From contig CAWIAD010000001.1 of the NCBI GenBank assembly GCA_963833985.1, positions 1 through 64,000 on the forward strand: 64,000 bases of DNA, written 5' to 3'. This document shows, one piece after another, positions 49,313-59,542 of the stretch (the stretch's first letter is position 1; each line of letters begins with the position of its first letter). This DNA comes from an uncultured Planctomycetaceae bacterium. Its GTDB lineage: Bacteria; Planctomycetota; Planctomycetia; Isosphaerales; Isosphaeraceae. The position numbers were made by a program, and so were the translations under genes. The notes under the pieces were generated by a model, which was not told the origin of the DNA, ran no database searches, and saw only the letters and a program-made list of their open reading frames with translations.

Positions 49313-50584
49313 TCAGCGCCGCGTGCTGCGCGGCCGGCGCAGGTCGACAACCCGGGTCAACTGGTCGATCGCCGTCTGGCAGGCCGCCTCGGCGTTCGGA
49401 CCCGCCTGGTTGGTCACGGCCATGACCAGGAAGTCCCGGGCGGGAACGATCCAGATGGAAGCGTACCAGTACGTGTTGCTGCCGTTGTGGCTGAGAATCT
49501 TGCCGCCGGACCATGGCCGCTGGCCGACCGTCCAGCCGCCCGCGTAGTCGAACCCCGGCGGCGGCGTGTGCAACGTGCGGAACGTGGCCGGCTTGAGCAG
49601 GCGGCCCTTGCCCTGGGCTCCGCGGAGGTGCAGGCTGGCGAACTTTCCCCAGTCCGGGACCGAGCAGTGCACGGTTCCCGCCGGTCCCATGCACGGGGCA
49701 TTGTCGCGGAGCACCGGCACGAGCTTTCCCCCCGTCTCGCGGTGGCCCCAGGGCTGTTCGATGCGCCCTCGGGCTGCGCCACCGGGAGGGCCAAAGCCGG
49801 CCGAGCTCATGCCCAGGGGCTCGAACAGACGATCCTGCATGAGATCTTCCCAGGGCTGGCCGGAAACCTGTTCGGCCATCAAGCCGGCCAGGACGTAGCC
49901 CGCGTTGGAATAGGCGTACACCGTTCCGGGACGTGAGAGCGGAGGCTTGCAAAGCAGCTCGAGCAATGCCGCCCTGCGCTGGTCGGTCGTGGTCTGGCCG
50001 GGGAGCCGCCACCAGGACGCGTCGTGCGGCAGCCCCGCGCGGTGCGTCAAGAGTTGTGCCAGCGTGACGGCCTGGAAATCGGGATGAAGCTGCGAGGCCA
50101 CTTCCGGGAACACAGCGTGAACCGTCGACGACCATTCCAGCAGCCCGTCATCGACGAGCATGCCGCAGAGTGTTGCCGTCATGGCCTTCGTGCACGAGCC
50201 CAGATGCACCTGGTCATCAATCTTCATCGGTTGCGCGGAGCCGAGCTTGCGCACGCCCGCCGCGGCGATGTTCGTCAACCGATCACCCCGTACGATGGCT
50301 CCGATGATGCCCGGCAGGTGCTGGGCGTCACGGATCTGTTCAAGCAAGTGGGCCAGTTGCGGGTCTTGCTGGAGTGCCGGCGTGGCGGACCCCGGCGCGC
50401 CGGGCGTTGTGCTGCGGTTCTTCGGCAGCGCGGGCCTGCGGACTGTGCGGCTGGACGCCGAAGCTTTGCCGGCGGGGCCGGTCTGCCCTCGGGCCTGGTG
50501 CAAAAACGGAGCGGCCTGGCATGCCCCCCACGCGGCCAGGGCCCGCGTGATCTCCCTCCCCATCCAGTCTCTGCGCCCGATCAT
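49313..50584 (-). CDS. Beta-lactamase-family serine hydrolase
   Basis: SCTK, LLTHRAG, YSN, HNGS; start uncertain. Confidence 0.88.
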   Translation of the reverse strand: MIGRRDWMGREITRALAAWGACQAAPFLHQARGQTGPAGKASASSRTVRRPALPKNRSTTPGAPGSATPALQQDPQLAHLLEQIRDAQHLPGIIGAIVRGDRLTNIAAAGVRKLGSAQPMKIDDQVHLGSCTKAMTATLCGMLVDDGLLEWSSTVHAVFPEVASQLHPDFQAVTLAQLLTHRAGLPHDASWWRLPGQTTTDQRRAALLELLCKPPLSRPGTVYAYSNAGYVLAGLMAEQVSGQPWEDLMQDRLFEPLGMSSAGFGPPGGAARGRIEQPWGHRETGGKLVPVLRDNAPCMGPAGTVHCSVPDWGKFASLHLRGAQGKGRLLKPATFRTLHTPPPGFDYAGGWTVGQRPWSGGKILSHNGSNTYWYASIWIVPARDFLVMAVTNQAGPNAEAACQTAIDQLTRVVDLRRPRSTRR

Positions 50585-50844
50585 CGCCGCCTCCGCCTGG
50601 CTCGCTCGCTCGCCGCTGTCTCTCTGCGTCACTCCATTATCGAGCATAGACCAGCTCATCGGGCAGGTGCAACCAGTGCCGGCTCGTACTGGCTCTCGCA
50701 TCGTGCGGTCTGGTGAAGCTGTACGGGCCAGGCTCAGGAAGGGCAGCCATAGGAGAATCGGCCGGTTGCATATTCGGATGCCATGAGCGGACACCCCTGG
50801 GCCTGCGGGGATTGCCTGTTCTTCAACGGTCGTTTCCTTCCCCG

Positions 50845-51516
50845 TCATGAAAAAAGCGCGAGCCCGCGCAGGCTGATAAGAAGCAAGTGGATGAGCATGC
50901 ACAGTATTCCGGTCAAGGCTGCCAGAACGCCGCCAGCCATGAGCCGAACCGGGAAGAGTCCGAGTCGGACGTGGACCGGGAAGACGTGGGTCTTCTCGAT
51001 GGCGGCCCACTTGTGGACGTCGGCGCGGTCCGCCGCCAGGTCGGCGCAGAGGCTGAGCAGGTCGCGACGGCTGCGGTACCGGACGAGGGCGATGCAGTCC
51101 CACTCCTCGGCGCCGTCAGGGGTAAGGAACCGGCCGGCCCATCGTCCCAGGAAGATGGGGACGCAGCCGCGCTTGAGCAGCCGCGGGACGACGGCGCGGT
51201 TGTACAGGGCGTCGGCCGCGCGCGGGTCATCGCCGTAATCCCAGGAGGGCGGGTAGACGGCCTTCGTGCGGAACCGGATCAGGTTCACCATCACGAACTC
51301 CCGGCCGTCGTCGTCCTTGACGGCCGTGCGGAGTGCGTCGAGGAAGTCCTGGTCGATGGGTGCACCCTGACCCTGCGCGTTCCGCTGCACGTGCTCCACA
51401 ACCGCGTCCGTCTCGGCGGAGGTCAACGGCCGGCCTCGGCCGCCATACCAGACCAGGAACACGACAAAGGCCAGCGTGAACGCCACGAGACCAGCAAACG
51501 GCAGCGAGAAAAACAC
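50845..51516 (-). CDS. Membrane-anchored DUF1330-like hypothetical protein
   Basis: TM ends; MVNLIRFR...WDCIALVRYRSR; GGGAG RBS before GTG. Confidence 0.65.
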   Translation of the reverse strand: MFFSLPFAGLVAFTLAFVVFLVWYGGRGRPLTSAETDAVVEHVQRNAQGQGAPIDQDFLDALRTAVKDDDGREFVMVNLIRFRTKAVYPPSWDYGDDPRAADALYNRAVVPRLLKRGCVPIFLGRWAGRFLTPDGAEEWDCIALVRYRSRRDLLSLCADLAADRADVHKWAAIEKTHVFPVHVRLGLFPVRLMAGGVLAALTGILCMLIHLLLISLRGLALFS

Positions 51517-51577
51517 CTGGACGGCTCCCTGAAGAGGCGCGGCGTGGGCTGACGCCGTGCGCGGTGGCCGGCAAGGC

Positions 51578-51610
51578 TTGACTCCTGCCCTACAACTTGT
51601 ATATGCATGT
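51578..51610 (+). promoter_or_regulatory. Promoter with overlapping palindromic operator-like site
   Basis: TTGACT-16 nt-TATATG; ACTTGTATATGCATGT (51595-51610) is a 12/16 inverted repeat. Confidence 0.5.
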
Positions 51611-51664
51611 AACTGGCGCCGGTCAAGTGACCCGGCGGGGTAACATCGTTCGAGGAGCAGGGCC

Positions 51665-52423
51665 ATGGGAAATTCGGACAGGGTCGCGTTCATCACCGGG
51701 GCGAACAAGGGGATCGGCCTGGAGACGGCACGGGGGCTCGGGGCCCTGGGCATCGCGGTGGTACTCGCCAGCCGCGACGAGGCAAACGGTCGGGCCGCGG
51801 CCGACCTGTTGAAAGCAGAAGGAATTGCCCAGGTCGAGCCTGTCCGGTTCGACGTCACGCAGCCGGCGGACCACAAGGCGATCGCCCGGTTCCTGGAGGA
51901 CCGTTACGGCAAGCTCGACATCCTGGTGAACAACGCGGGGGTGGCACTCGAGGACGCCGACTTCGGTGCGCCTGGGGGCTTCAACACGACGCCCACGGTC
52001 AAGCCCGAGATCCTGCGCCAGGTCTTCGAGACCAATTTCTTTGCCGTCGTGGAGCTGACGCAGACGCTGCTGCCGCTGATCCGCAAGGCGCCGGCCGGCC
52101 GGATCGTCAACCTGTCGAGCATACTCGGCTCGCTCACGCTGCATTCGGACCCGTCCTCGGGCATCTACGACAAGAAGGCATTTGCCTATGACGCCTCGAA
52201 GACAGCGCTCAACGCGTTCACGGTGCACCTTGCTCAGGCGCTCCGATCGACGCCGATCAAGGTGAACTCGGCTCACCCCGGCTGGGTGAAGACGGACATG
52301 GGCGGCGAGTCGGCCCCGATGGAACTCTCGGAAGGCGGTAAGACCAGTGTGCAACTGGCAACCTTGCCGGCAGGCGGCCCCACCGGCGGCTACTTCCATC
52401 TCGGCGAGCCCCTGCCCTGGTGA
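51665..52423 (+). CDS. SDR family oxidoreductase (carbonyl-reductase-like)
   Basis: TGANKGIG, NNAG, YDASK, HPGWVKTDMG. Confidence 0.94.
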   Translation: MGNSDRVAFITGANKGIGLETARGLGALGIAVVLASRDEANGRAAADLLKAEGIAQVEPVRFDVTQPADHKAIARFLEDRYGKLDILVNNAGVALEDADFGAPGGFNTTPTVKPEILRQVFETNFFAVVELTQTLLPLIRKAPAGRIVNLSSILGSLTLHSDPSSGIYDKKAFAYDASKTALNAFTVHLAQALRSTPIKVNSAHPGWVKTDMGGESAPMELSEGGKTSVQLATLPAGGPTGGYFHLGEPLPW

Positions 52424-52468
52424 TTCGTGTTGCAGCCGACTCATCGCACTATCCATCAAGAGGCAATC

Positions 52469-52951
52469 ATGAACACAGGCAGCCTGGTCGAATCCTACCT
52501 ATCGGGGCCCGAGGACCTGCGCGCAGCCGTCGCCGGCATGACCCGCGAGCAAGTCGTCGCGCGGCCGATTCCCGGCAAGTGGAGCGTGCTCGAAGTTGTC
52601 TGTCACCTCGCCGATACGGACGCCAACATCGCGCATCGACTGAAGCGGGTGCTGTCGGAGGATCGTCCCGCGTTCGAGCGCGTTCAGCCCGAGATGATGC
52701 GCGCCGCCCTCGCGTACCACTCCCGCGACCTTGACGAAGAGCTGGCGTGCTTCGAGTCTGGCCGTCGGCAGCTCGCTCGCATCCTGAACGCGTCCCTGCC
52801 GGAGGCCTGGGACCGGATCGGGATCGTGGGCGATCGAGGCGACAAGACCGTTGCCCAGATGGTGAACGGGGCGATCGAGCACCTGGCGCATCACCTCCCC
52901 TTCATCGTCGCCAAGCGGCAAGCCCTGCGGATGACCGAAGTCCATCCATGA
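52469..52951 (+). CDS. DinB family protein
   Basis: GKWSVLEVVCHLAD...HLAHH. Confidence 0.88.
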   Translation: MNTGSLVESYLSGPEDLRAAVAGMTREQVVARPIPGKWSVLEVVCHLADTDANIAHRLKRVLSEDRPAFERVQPEMMRAALAYHSRDLDEELACFESGRRQLARILNASLPEAWDRIGIVGDRGDKTVAQMVNGAIEHLAHHLPFIVAKRQALRMTEVHP

Positions 52952-53141
52952 CATCGATTCGTGGCGTCGTTCGAGCTGCTCTTGCTCATGGCTCCGGATC
53001 GTCGAACATCTCGAGGTCCCGCGAATGGTGGAAATGTTGACCGGCGTGGAGTTCCACGGCCCCCCGGACGATTTCGACGCTGATCTTCGGAGTGGGCGCA
53101 GCGCATCCAGCGACCTGCTGGAGGATCGTCGCGGGCACGTT

Positions 53142-53223
53142 CAGGGCGGTTTTCTGACCGTCGCAGGCAGTTTCCGAGTTTTGAAAGGGGGGGCAGTCTG
53201 CGATCCGAGTGAAAACCACTCTG
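53142..53223. mobile_element. Short copy of the MITE-like element at 1021-1144
   Basis: CAGGGCGGTTTTC...GAAAACCACTCTG ends; shares GCAGTTTC, GAAAGGGGGGGCAG and TCTGCGATCCGAGTGAAAACC. Confidence 0.65.
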
Positions 53224-53314
53224 GAATGGCTGCCGACCGAGGGGGCTTCCAGTCGCTTCGTCTGCCACGGCCGTTGTTCGTACGGTCTCCAGTCCACCTT
53301 TCGCGGAGAGGACC

Positions 53315-54731
53315 ATGTCCATGAACCGTCTGGTCAGGTGCGGTGCCGGACTCCTCGGCGCGGCGCTGGCTGCGCTCCTGCTGCTGCTCTCATCCGACCC
53401 AGCCTCCGCCCAGGAGAAGGGCGCGGCCAGAGCGAACCCGCCCGGTCTCGCACCGGCCGGCTATAACGACTACCAGAACATGCTCGATCAGCTTGGCATC
53501 AAACGGATGCGCAGGGGACGCAATGCGCGCGTGCCGGACACGTCACGCGAGGCCACGGCGAACTCCTACAAGGAGACCATGCCAGACCTGATGACATTCC
53601 AGGATGGAACGAAGGTGACGTCTCCGGAGCAATGGCCGCGACGGCGGGCGGAGCTCGTCGAGTTGTTCGAGCGCGAGCTCTACGGCCGGATTCCCAGGGG
53701 CGTGCCACGGGTGGACTGGGAAGTCACACGCACGGTCGAGGGTAAGAGCGGCGAAATGGAAACGCTCACCAGGACCCTCGTCGGCCACGTCGACAACAGT
53801 TCGTTCCCGCAGATCAAGGTCGCAATCCAGGCCAGTTACACGGTGCCCCGGAACGCAAAGGGGCGCGTGCCGATGATCCTCCAGTTCGGCTTCGGGTTCG
53901 GAGGCCGGGCCGTGCCCAGCTCGTGGACTCAACAGGCCCTCGACAAGGGCTGGGGTCACGGCACCATCGTCCCCAACAGCATTCAGCCGGACAACAACAA
54001 GCTGCGCGAGGGCATCATTGGCCTTACGAACAAGGGCCTGCCGCGCAGCCCAGAGGACTGGGGTGCTCTGCGCCTGGGCCTGGGCCTGGGGCGTGAGCCG
54101 CCTGATCGACTACTTCGAGGCGAACTCCGACTCTGGGGTTGACCCGGCCAAGGTGTGCATCACGGGCGTGTCGCGCTACGGCAAAGCGGCGCTGGTCGCG
54201 ACGGCCTTTGACACGCGGGTCGCGGCAGGCTTCGTCGCCTCCTCCGGGGCGGGCGGCGCCAAGCTCTTTCGCCGCGACTTCGGTGAGCTGCTCGAGAACC
54301 TGGCGTCCTCAGGAGGATACCACTGGATGGCCGGCAATTTCCTGAAGTATGCCGCCGATGAGGGCGCGGCGGGCAAGAAGACGGCGGCGGATCTGCCCGT
54401 GGACCAGCATGAGCTGATTGCCCTGTGTGCCCCCCGGCCCTGCTTCATCAGTTATGGCGTCCCCCCGGGGGATCCCAACTGGGTGGACGCCCACGGCAGC
54501 TTCATGGCAGCGGTGCTGGCTGGTCCCGCCTACCGGCTGCTGGGCAAGAAAGACCTCGGCACGCCCGGCGATTACCTTACCGACCCCATGCCTCCGGTGA
54601 ACACGCTCATCGGCGGCGAGCTGGCCTGGCGGCAGCACAGCGGAGGACACACGAACGTTCCCAACTTCCCGGCATACTACGAGTGGGCCGGCCGCTCCAT
54701 TCCAGCGACGGGACCGGGCAAGCACGAGTGA
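53315..54731 (+). CDS. CE15 glucuronoyl-esterase-like protein (frameshift at about 54072)
   Basis: WGAL..WAWGVSR, GVSRYGK nucleophile motif, SSGAGG, LPVDQHELIALCAPRP. Confidence 0.85.
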
Positions 54732-54873
54732 ACGTCCGCTACAGTACCAGGCAAATCAAGGGCAAAAGGGAGCGGGCGATCCACGCGGGCCTGGGGCATC
54801 CCGGGCGTGCGAGCGGCGGGAACAGGCCCGGGAGCCCGCAGACTTCACACACGTTTCTGAACCGGAAGCGACC

Positions 54874-55755
54874 ATGCACTTGAATCGCAGCGGGCACGCG
54901 CACGGCCGTACCAACCTGCGGCTGCTGGGGATCCTGTGGCTCTCGGTCTCCTGGCTTCAGGGCACGTTTGCCCAGGGGGTGGTTCGCGGTCCGGCCGCCG
55001 ATCAGCCGGTGGCCAGGAGAGACGCCAACTCCGCGCTGGCCCACGAGCAAATGCTCGCCAACGCGAAGAAAGGACGCATCGACGTCTATTTTGCCGGCGA
55101 CTCCATCACGCGCCGCTGGCGCGCCACCGACTACCCGGCTTTGCTGGCGAACTGGAACCACAATTTCTTCGGCTGGAACGCGGCCGACTTCGGCTGGGGC
55201 GGAGACACCGTCCAGAACATCCTCTGGCGATTGCACCATGGCGAGCTGGAGGGCGTCCACCCCAGGGTCATCGTCCTGCTGGCGGGAACCAATAACCTCG
55301 GAAACAGGCCCGCAAGTGAGGCCAGGGAAGACGAGGTCGTCCTCGGCATCAAGGCCGTGCTTCGCACCATGAGGGAATTGGCCCCCGACGCCACGATCAT
55401 CGTCATGGGGATCTTCCCGCGCAACGACGGGCCGCGGCCGACCGCGGTCATGCCGTCAATCCGCCGCATCAACGAACGCATCGCCAAAATGGCCGATGGC
55501 AAGACCGTCCGCTACCTGAACATCAACGACAGGCTGGCGGATGAGGATGGAAAACTCCTCGAGGGCATGACCGTGGACCGTCTACACCTCAGCCTCAAGG
55601 GTTACCAGATCTGGGCCGATGCCTTGAAGCCCCTGTTCACGGAACTGCTCGGCCCGCCGGCAAAGGAAGATCAGGCACCGCCGCCGACCGGCGACCCCAG
55701 TGCCGCCAGGAGGAAGCCTCCGGCGAAAAGTCCCGTCAGAACTCGAGGCGGATGA
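54874..55755 (+). CDS. SGNH/GDSL hydrolase
   Basis: GDSIT, GWGGD, AGTNN, DRLH. Confidence 0.9.
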   Translation: MHLNRSGHAHGRTNLRLLGILWLSVSWLQGTFAQGVVRGPAADQPVARRDANSALAHEQMLANAKKGRIDVYFAGDSITRRWRATDYPALLANWNHNFFGWNAADFGWGGDTVQNILWRLHHGELEGVHPRVIVLLAGTNNLGNRPASEAREDEVVLGIKAVLRTMRELAPDATIIVMGIFPRNDGPRPTAVMPSIRRINERIAKMADGKTVRYLNINDRLADEDGKLLEGMTVDRLHLSLKGYQIWADALKPLFTELLGPPAKEDQAPPPTGDPSAARRKPPAKSPVRTRGG

Positions 55756-56047
55756 GCCTTCCGTTCGCGCACGGTACAGAACACTACCAGCTCCTGGTGC
55801 AGTTGCCGATCCGCCGGCCACGAGCGTGAAAGGTGATGCGGCACTGACAAGGACGCCCGGCCCTCTTCGTCCCTGTTTCGAGTGCAGCCAGACCACGGTG
55901 CGAAGCCCTCTCTTTTATCGGGCCGCGAGCTAGAGTTGATGATGAAGCGAATGCAGTCGCGACGCAGAGGGTACAGGCGGCGAGCGCCCGCGTTCGTCAA
56001 GGGAGCAGGGAGGAAACCACGGCAGATTCTTCGCGCAGGTCGGTGTG

Positions 56048-56804
56048 ATGAGGCGCACCGTGGACCCCCAGCAACGGGCACTCCAGGAGGAAGTCCGTGA
56101 ACTTTTTCTATCTGGACGGTCCAGGGATCAGCGGGCTGTTCGAGCAGACCATCAACGACGTCGAAAACGAGTTCGATCGGCTTTACCGGGCCGATCCCAT
56201 CGGCAGCCTGCACGAGAAGACGGTCCTTGCCAGGCGACTGGGCGACCTGCTGGGAGTGGACCAGTTAACCACAGGCGGGACGTTCTGCCGGTCCAGGAAA
56301 TACATCGATGAGATCAAGGCCAAGTTGAGCGTCCAAAACAAGACGGTCCGGCTGCTCGACTATCAACGGGACGTCGAATCGGCAGCCAGGGCGTCGACGC
56401 TGGACCTGGCGATCCGCCGCTGGCGGTTCGGTGCGGCCAACCTGATTTGCGTGCACGAACACTTCCACATGCCGCAGTTCACCATGGGGCAGCGGAGCGA
56501 AGTCCTGGTCTACGCATCGGGCTTCTTGGAATTCGAGCTCGAGTTGCTGGTCGAAGCCGGCCTGGGCCGGAGGGGCTCAGCGATGGCCGCCACCGCGACC
56601 CTGACGCGCGAAAAACTGCTCGTGCTGATGTCGGCCAACCTCAGCAAGTTCCAGAACCTGCGGCAGGGGAAGATGACTCCCGAGAGCCCCGAAGCCCAGT
56701 ATTTTCACAGCTTCCAGGGAATGCGCGTGCCGCTCCACGTGCTGGGATCGCTCAACAAGTGCAAGGACGTATTCCGGATCAAGCCGCTGGCACTTTGGCG
56801 GTAG
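56048..56804 (+). CDS. Hypothetical protein, possibly DUF6414-like (probable frameshift at about 56100)
   Basis: ORF 56097-56804; removing one A joins MRRTVDPQQRALQEEVR to DFFYLD; family guess rests on terminal motifs only. Confidence 0.55.
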
Positions 56805-58042
56805 CTCCGGCACTTTGGCGGGACTGCCTCAGGCAGGCCTCATATGCCGCGGGAAAAGGTGAGAGCGCGCGCTCGAAGATGCCCAGAGTGTACGCGATCG
56901 CCAGACCGTAATTGGTCACCGGCACGCCGACTGACCGGAAGCGCTCCAGCCGCGAGACCATTTCACGGCGGTTTTGAACGCAGGCACCGCAATGGATGAC
57001 GAGCTGGTAAGGGCTGAGATCTGGAGGCAGATCGTGACCCGAATAGTGTTCAAACTGAAGCGCTCCGCCGACGTATTGCGTGAGCCAGCGCGGGATCTTC
57101 ACCCGCCCGATGTCGTCGGCGATGGGATGGTGGCTGCACGCCTCGCACACGAGGACGCGATTCCCCGGCCGCAGCCGTTCAATGGCCGTGGCTCCCTGCG
57201 CCTGGAGCACCAGGTCTCCCTTCTGGCGCGAACAGAATTGAAAATGAGGTCAGGGGCACGCCCGGCGGCGTATCGGCCGACACCTTGAGAAATGCCTGCG
57301 AATCCGTAACCACCAGCGCGGGCGGCTCCCGGAGCTGAGCCAGCGCGCCTGCCAGCTCGCGCTCCTTCACCACCAGGGCCAAGGCGTCGTTGTCCAGCAA
57401 GTCACGGATGGTTTGCACCTGGGGCAGGATGAGGCGGCCCTTCGGTGCTTCCTTGTCGATCGGCGTCACCAGCACGACAAGTGCGCCCGGCGGAACCAGG
57501 TCGCCGACCAGCGGCGGTGGGGCCAGAAACTCCTCAGGCGCCACGCGGATCAGCGCCTCCCTCAGCTCGGCGAGGCCCTCGCGACGCGTTGCCGAGGTGC
57601 ACACCGTGCGCACTCCAGCCGACCCCAGGCGGGCGATCTCAGCCTGGCTCGGACGACCCAGGTCCGCCTTGTTGAAGGCAACGACCACCGGGGTCCGACG
57701 GTCCTGAAACTGGGTCAGAAGGCCTTCCTCGAACACGCCCCAGTCGTCCGCGGCCGCGACCAGAACCGCCACGTCGATCCGCTCGAACACGCGGCGAGTG
57801 CGGTGCACGCGCTGCTCTCCCAGATCCCCGACGTCATCGATGCCGGCCGTGTCGATGAACAGCACGGGACCCAGGGGCAATAGCTCCATGGGCTTCTCCA
57901 CCGGATCGGTCGTGGTGCCGGCCACGGCCGAGACAAGCGATACGTCCTGGCGCGAAAGCGCATTCAGAAGCGCGCTCTTGCCGACGTTGCGCCGGCCGAA
58001 AAGCCCGATGTGCAGGCGGTTGGCGTTGGGAGTTCGGAGCAT
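56779..58042 (-). CDS. hydF: [FeFe]-hydrogenase maturation GTPase HydF (frameshift at about 57227)
   Basis: GRRNVGKS, GTTTDPV, DTAG, NKAD, APKGRLILPQ; EACSHH...IHCGAC cluster motif in ORF 56779-57210. Confidence 0.95.
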
Positions 58043-58086
58043 CTCTGGTGAGTCCTGGTGCGCCCGCTACGGCACGAACGCAGATG

Positions 58087-59499
58087 TCAAGGGGTGCCGC
58101 GCCCCGGGAGCTGGGAACCGAGCCTCATTACGGCTTGCGGGCTGACGTACTCGTCGAATTCCGCGCCCGAGAGCAGTCCCTGCTCAACCACCACGGATCG
58201 CAGGTTCCGTCCCTGCTGGCGGGCCAGCAGCGCAACGCCCTGCGCGGCTTCGTAGCCGAGCCGGCCGACCAGGGCCGTGGCCGTTGCCGTGGCTCCCTCA
58301 AGGTGCGAGCGGCAACGCGCCCGGTCCGCCGTGATGCCGTCGATGCAGCGGTCGGCCAGCAAGCTCGATGACCGGGTCAGCAGTTCCACCGCGGTCAGCA
58401 GGCTGTCGGCCACGAGCGGCAGCAGGTGGTTCAGCTCCAGGTTGCCCTGTGCGCAGGCCAGAAAGACCGTCTGGTCGCAGGCCGACGCGGCCCAGGCCGC
58501 CTGGATCACTCCCTCGGGAATGACCGGATTGACCTTTCCGGGCATGAGCGTCGAGCCCACCTGCACTGCCGGCAGGAGAATCTCGCCCAGGCCGGCATCG
58601 GGTCCGGATGCCAGCAGCCGCAGGTCGTTGGACACCTTGATCAGGCTGGCGGCGAGGGCACGGATGATGCCCGAAGCCTCCACGATCGCGTCCAGGTTCT
58701 GGGTGGCGTCAAGCAGGTTCTCGGCGCGGGCCAGGCCGAAACCGGTGATCTCCCGGAGATGCTCGATCACGCGGAAGATATAGGACCTTGGCGCTCCCAG
58801 GCCGGTCCCCACGGCGGTTCCTCCCAGGTTCACGACGCGCAGCCGTTCCGTGCACTTGGCGACACGCCAGCGATCTCGGGCGAACGCGTCGGCAAACGCG
58901 CCGAAGGCCCGGCCCAGGGTGATCGGCACGGCGTCCTGAAGCTGTGTGCGGGCCAGCTTGACGACGTCCGCGAACTCCTGCTCCTTGCGCTGGCACGATT
59001 CGGTCAGCCGCGTGACCGCGGATTCCAGGTTCCTGAGCTGATCCAGGGCGGCCACCCTGAGCGCCGTGGGGTAGGTGTCGTTCGTGGACTGGTGCAGGTT
59101 GACCTGCGCGGGGCCAAGATGCTTGTGATCGCCGGGGGCAAGACCCGCGATCTGTAGCGCGCGGTTGGCGAGCACTTCATTGACGTTCATGTTCGTGGAG
59201 GTGCCGGCTCCTCCCTGAAGCGCGTCGACGATCACATGGGCGTCCAGCGCGCCGGACATCATCTCCCGGCACGCGGCTTCCAGAGGGCGGGTCATCGCCG
59301 CGGGCAGGTAGCCCAGCTCGGCGTTGGTGCGCGCGCACGCGAGCTTCACGGCGCCGAAGCCGCGCACCAGGGAGCGATGCACGGGCCGGCCGGAAAGGGG
59401 AAAGTTCTCGACCGCCCGGCAGGTGGCGATGCCGTAGAGCGCCTCGGCGGGGACCTCCCGCATACCCAGCATGTCGCATTCCATCCGGACTGCCGTCAT
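58087..59499 (-). CDS. aspA: Aspartate ammonia-lyase
   Basis: QGGAGTSTNMNVNE, QSTNDTYPT, RTQLQDAVP, GSTLMPGKVNP. Confidence 0.88.
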   Translation of the reverse strand: MTAVRMECDMLGMREVPAEALYGIATCRAVENFPLSGRPVHRSLVRGFGAVKLACARTNAELGYLPAAMTRPLEAACREMMSGALDAHVIVDALQGGAGTSTNMNVNEVLANRALQIAGLAPGDHKHLGPAQVNLHQSTNDTYPTALRVAALDQLRNLESAVTRLTESCQRKEQEFADVVKLARTQLQDAVPITLGRAFGAFADAFARDRWRVAKCTERLRVVNLGGTAVGTGLGAPRSYIFRVIEHLREITGFGLARAENLLDATQNLDAIVEASGIIRALAASLIKVSNDLRLLASGPDAGLGEILLPAVQVGSTLMPGKVNPVIPEGVIQAAWAASACDQTVFLACAQGNLELNHLLPLVADSLLTAVELLTRSSSLLADRCIDGITADRARCRSHLEGATATATALVGRLGYEAAQGVALLARQQGRNLRSVVVEQGLLSGAEFDEYVSPQAVMRLGSQLPGRGTP

Positions 59500-59542
59500 G
59501 GTCTGGCCTCGCAGTGCAAGACGCGCGGCGCTTGCTCTGGCG

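Noticed and set aside
52948..53314. Short ORFs after dinB (an ATG overlaps the dinB stop)
   Set aside because: Early stop, interrupted by the mini-element, no recognisable family; at most a decayed fragment
55756..55940. Possible riboswitch or ncRNA in the intergenic region
   Set aside because: No known consensus or convincing stem set recognised by eye
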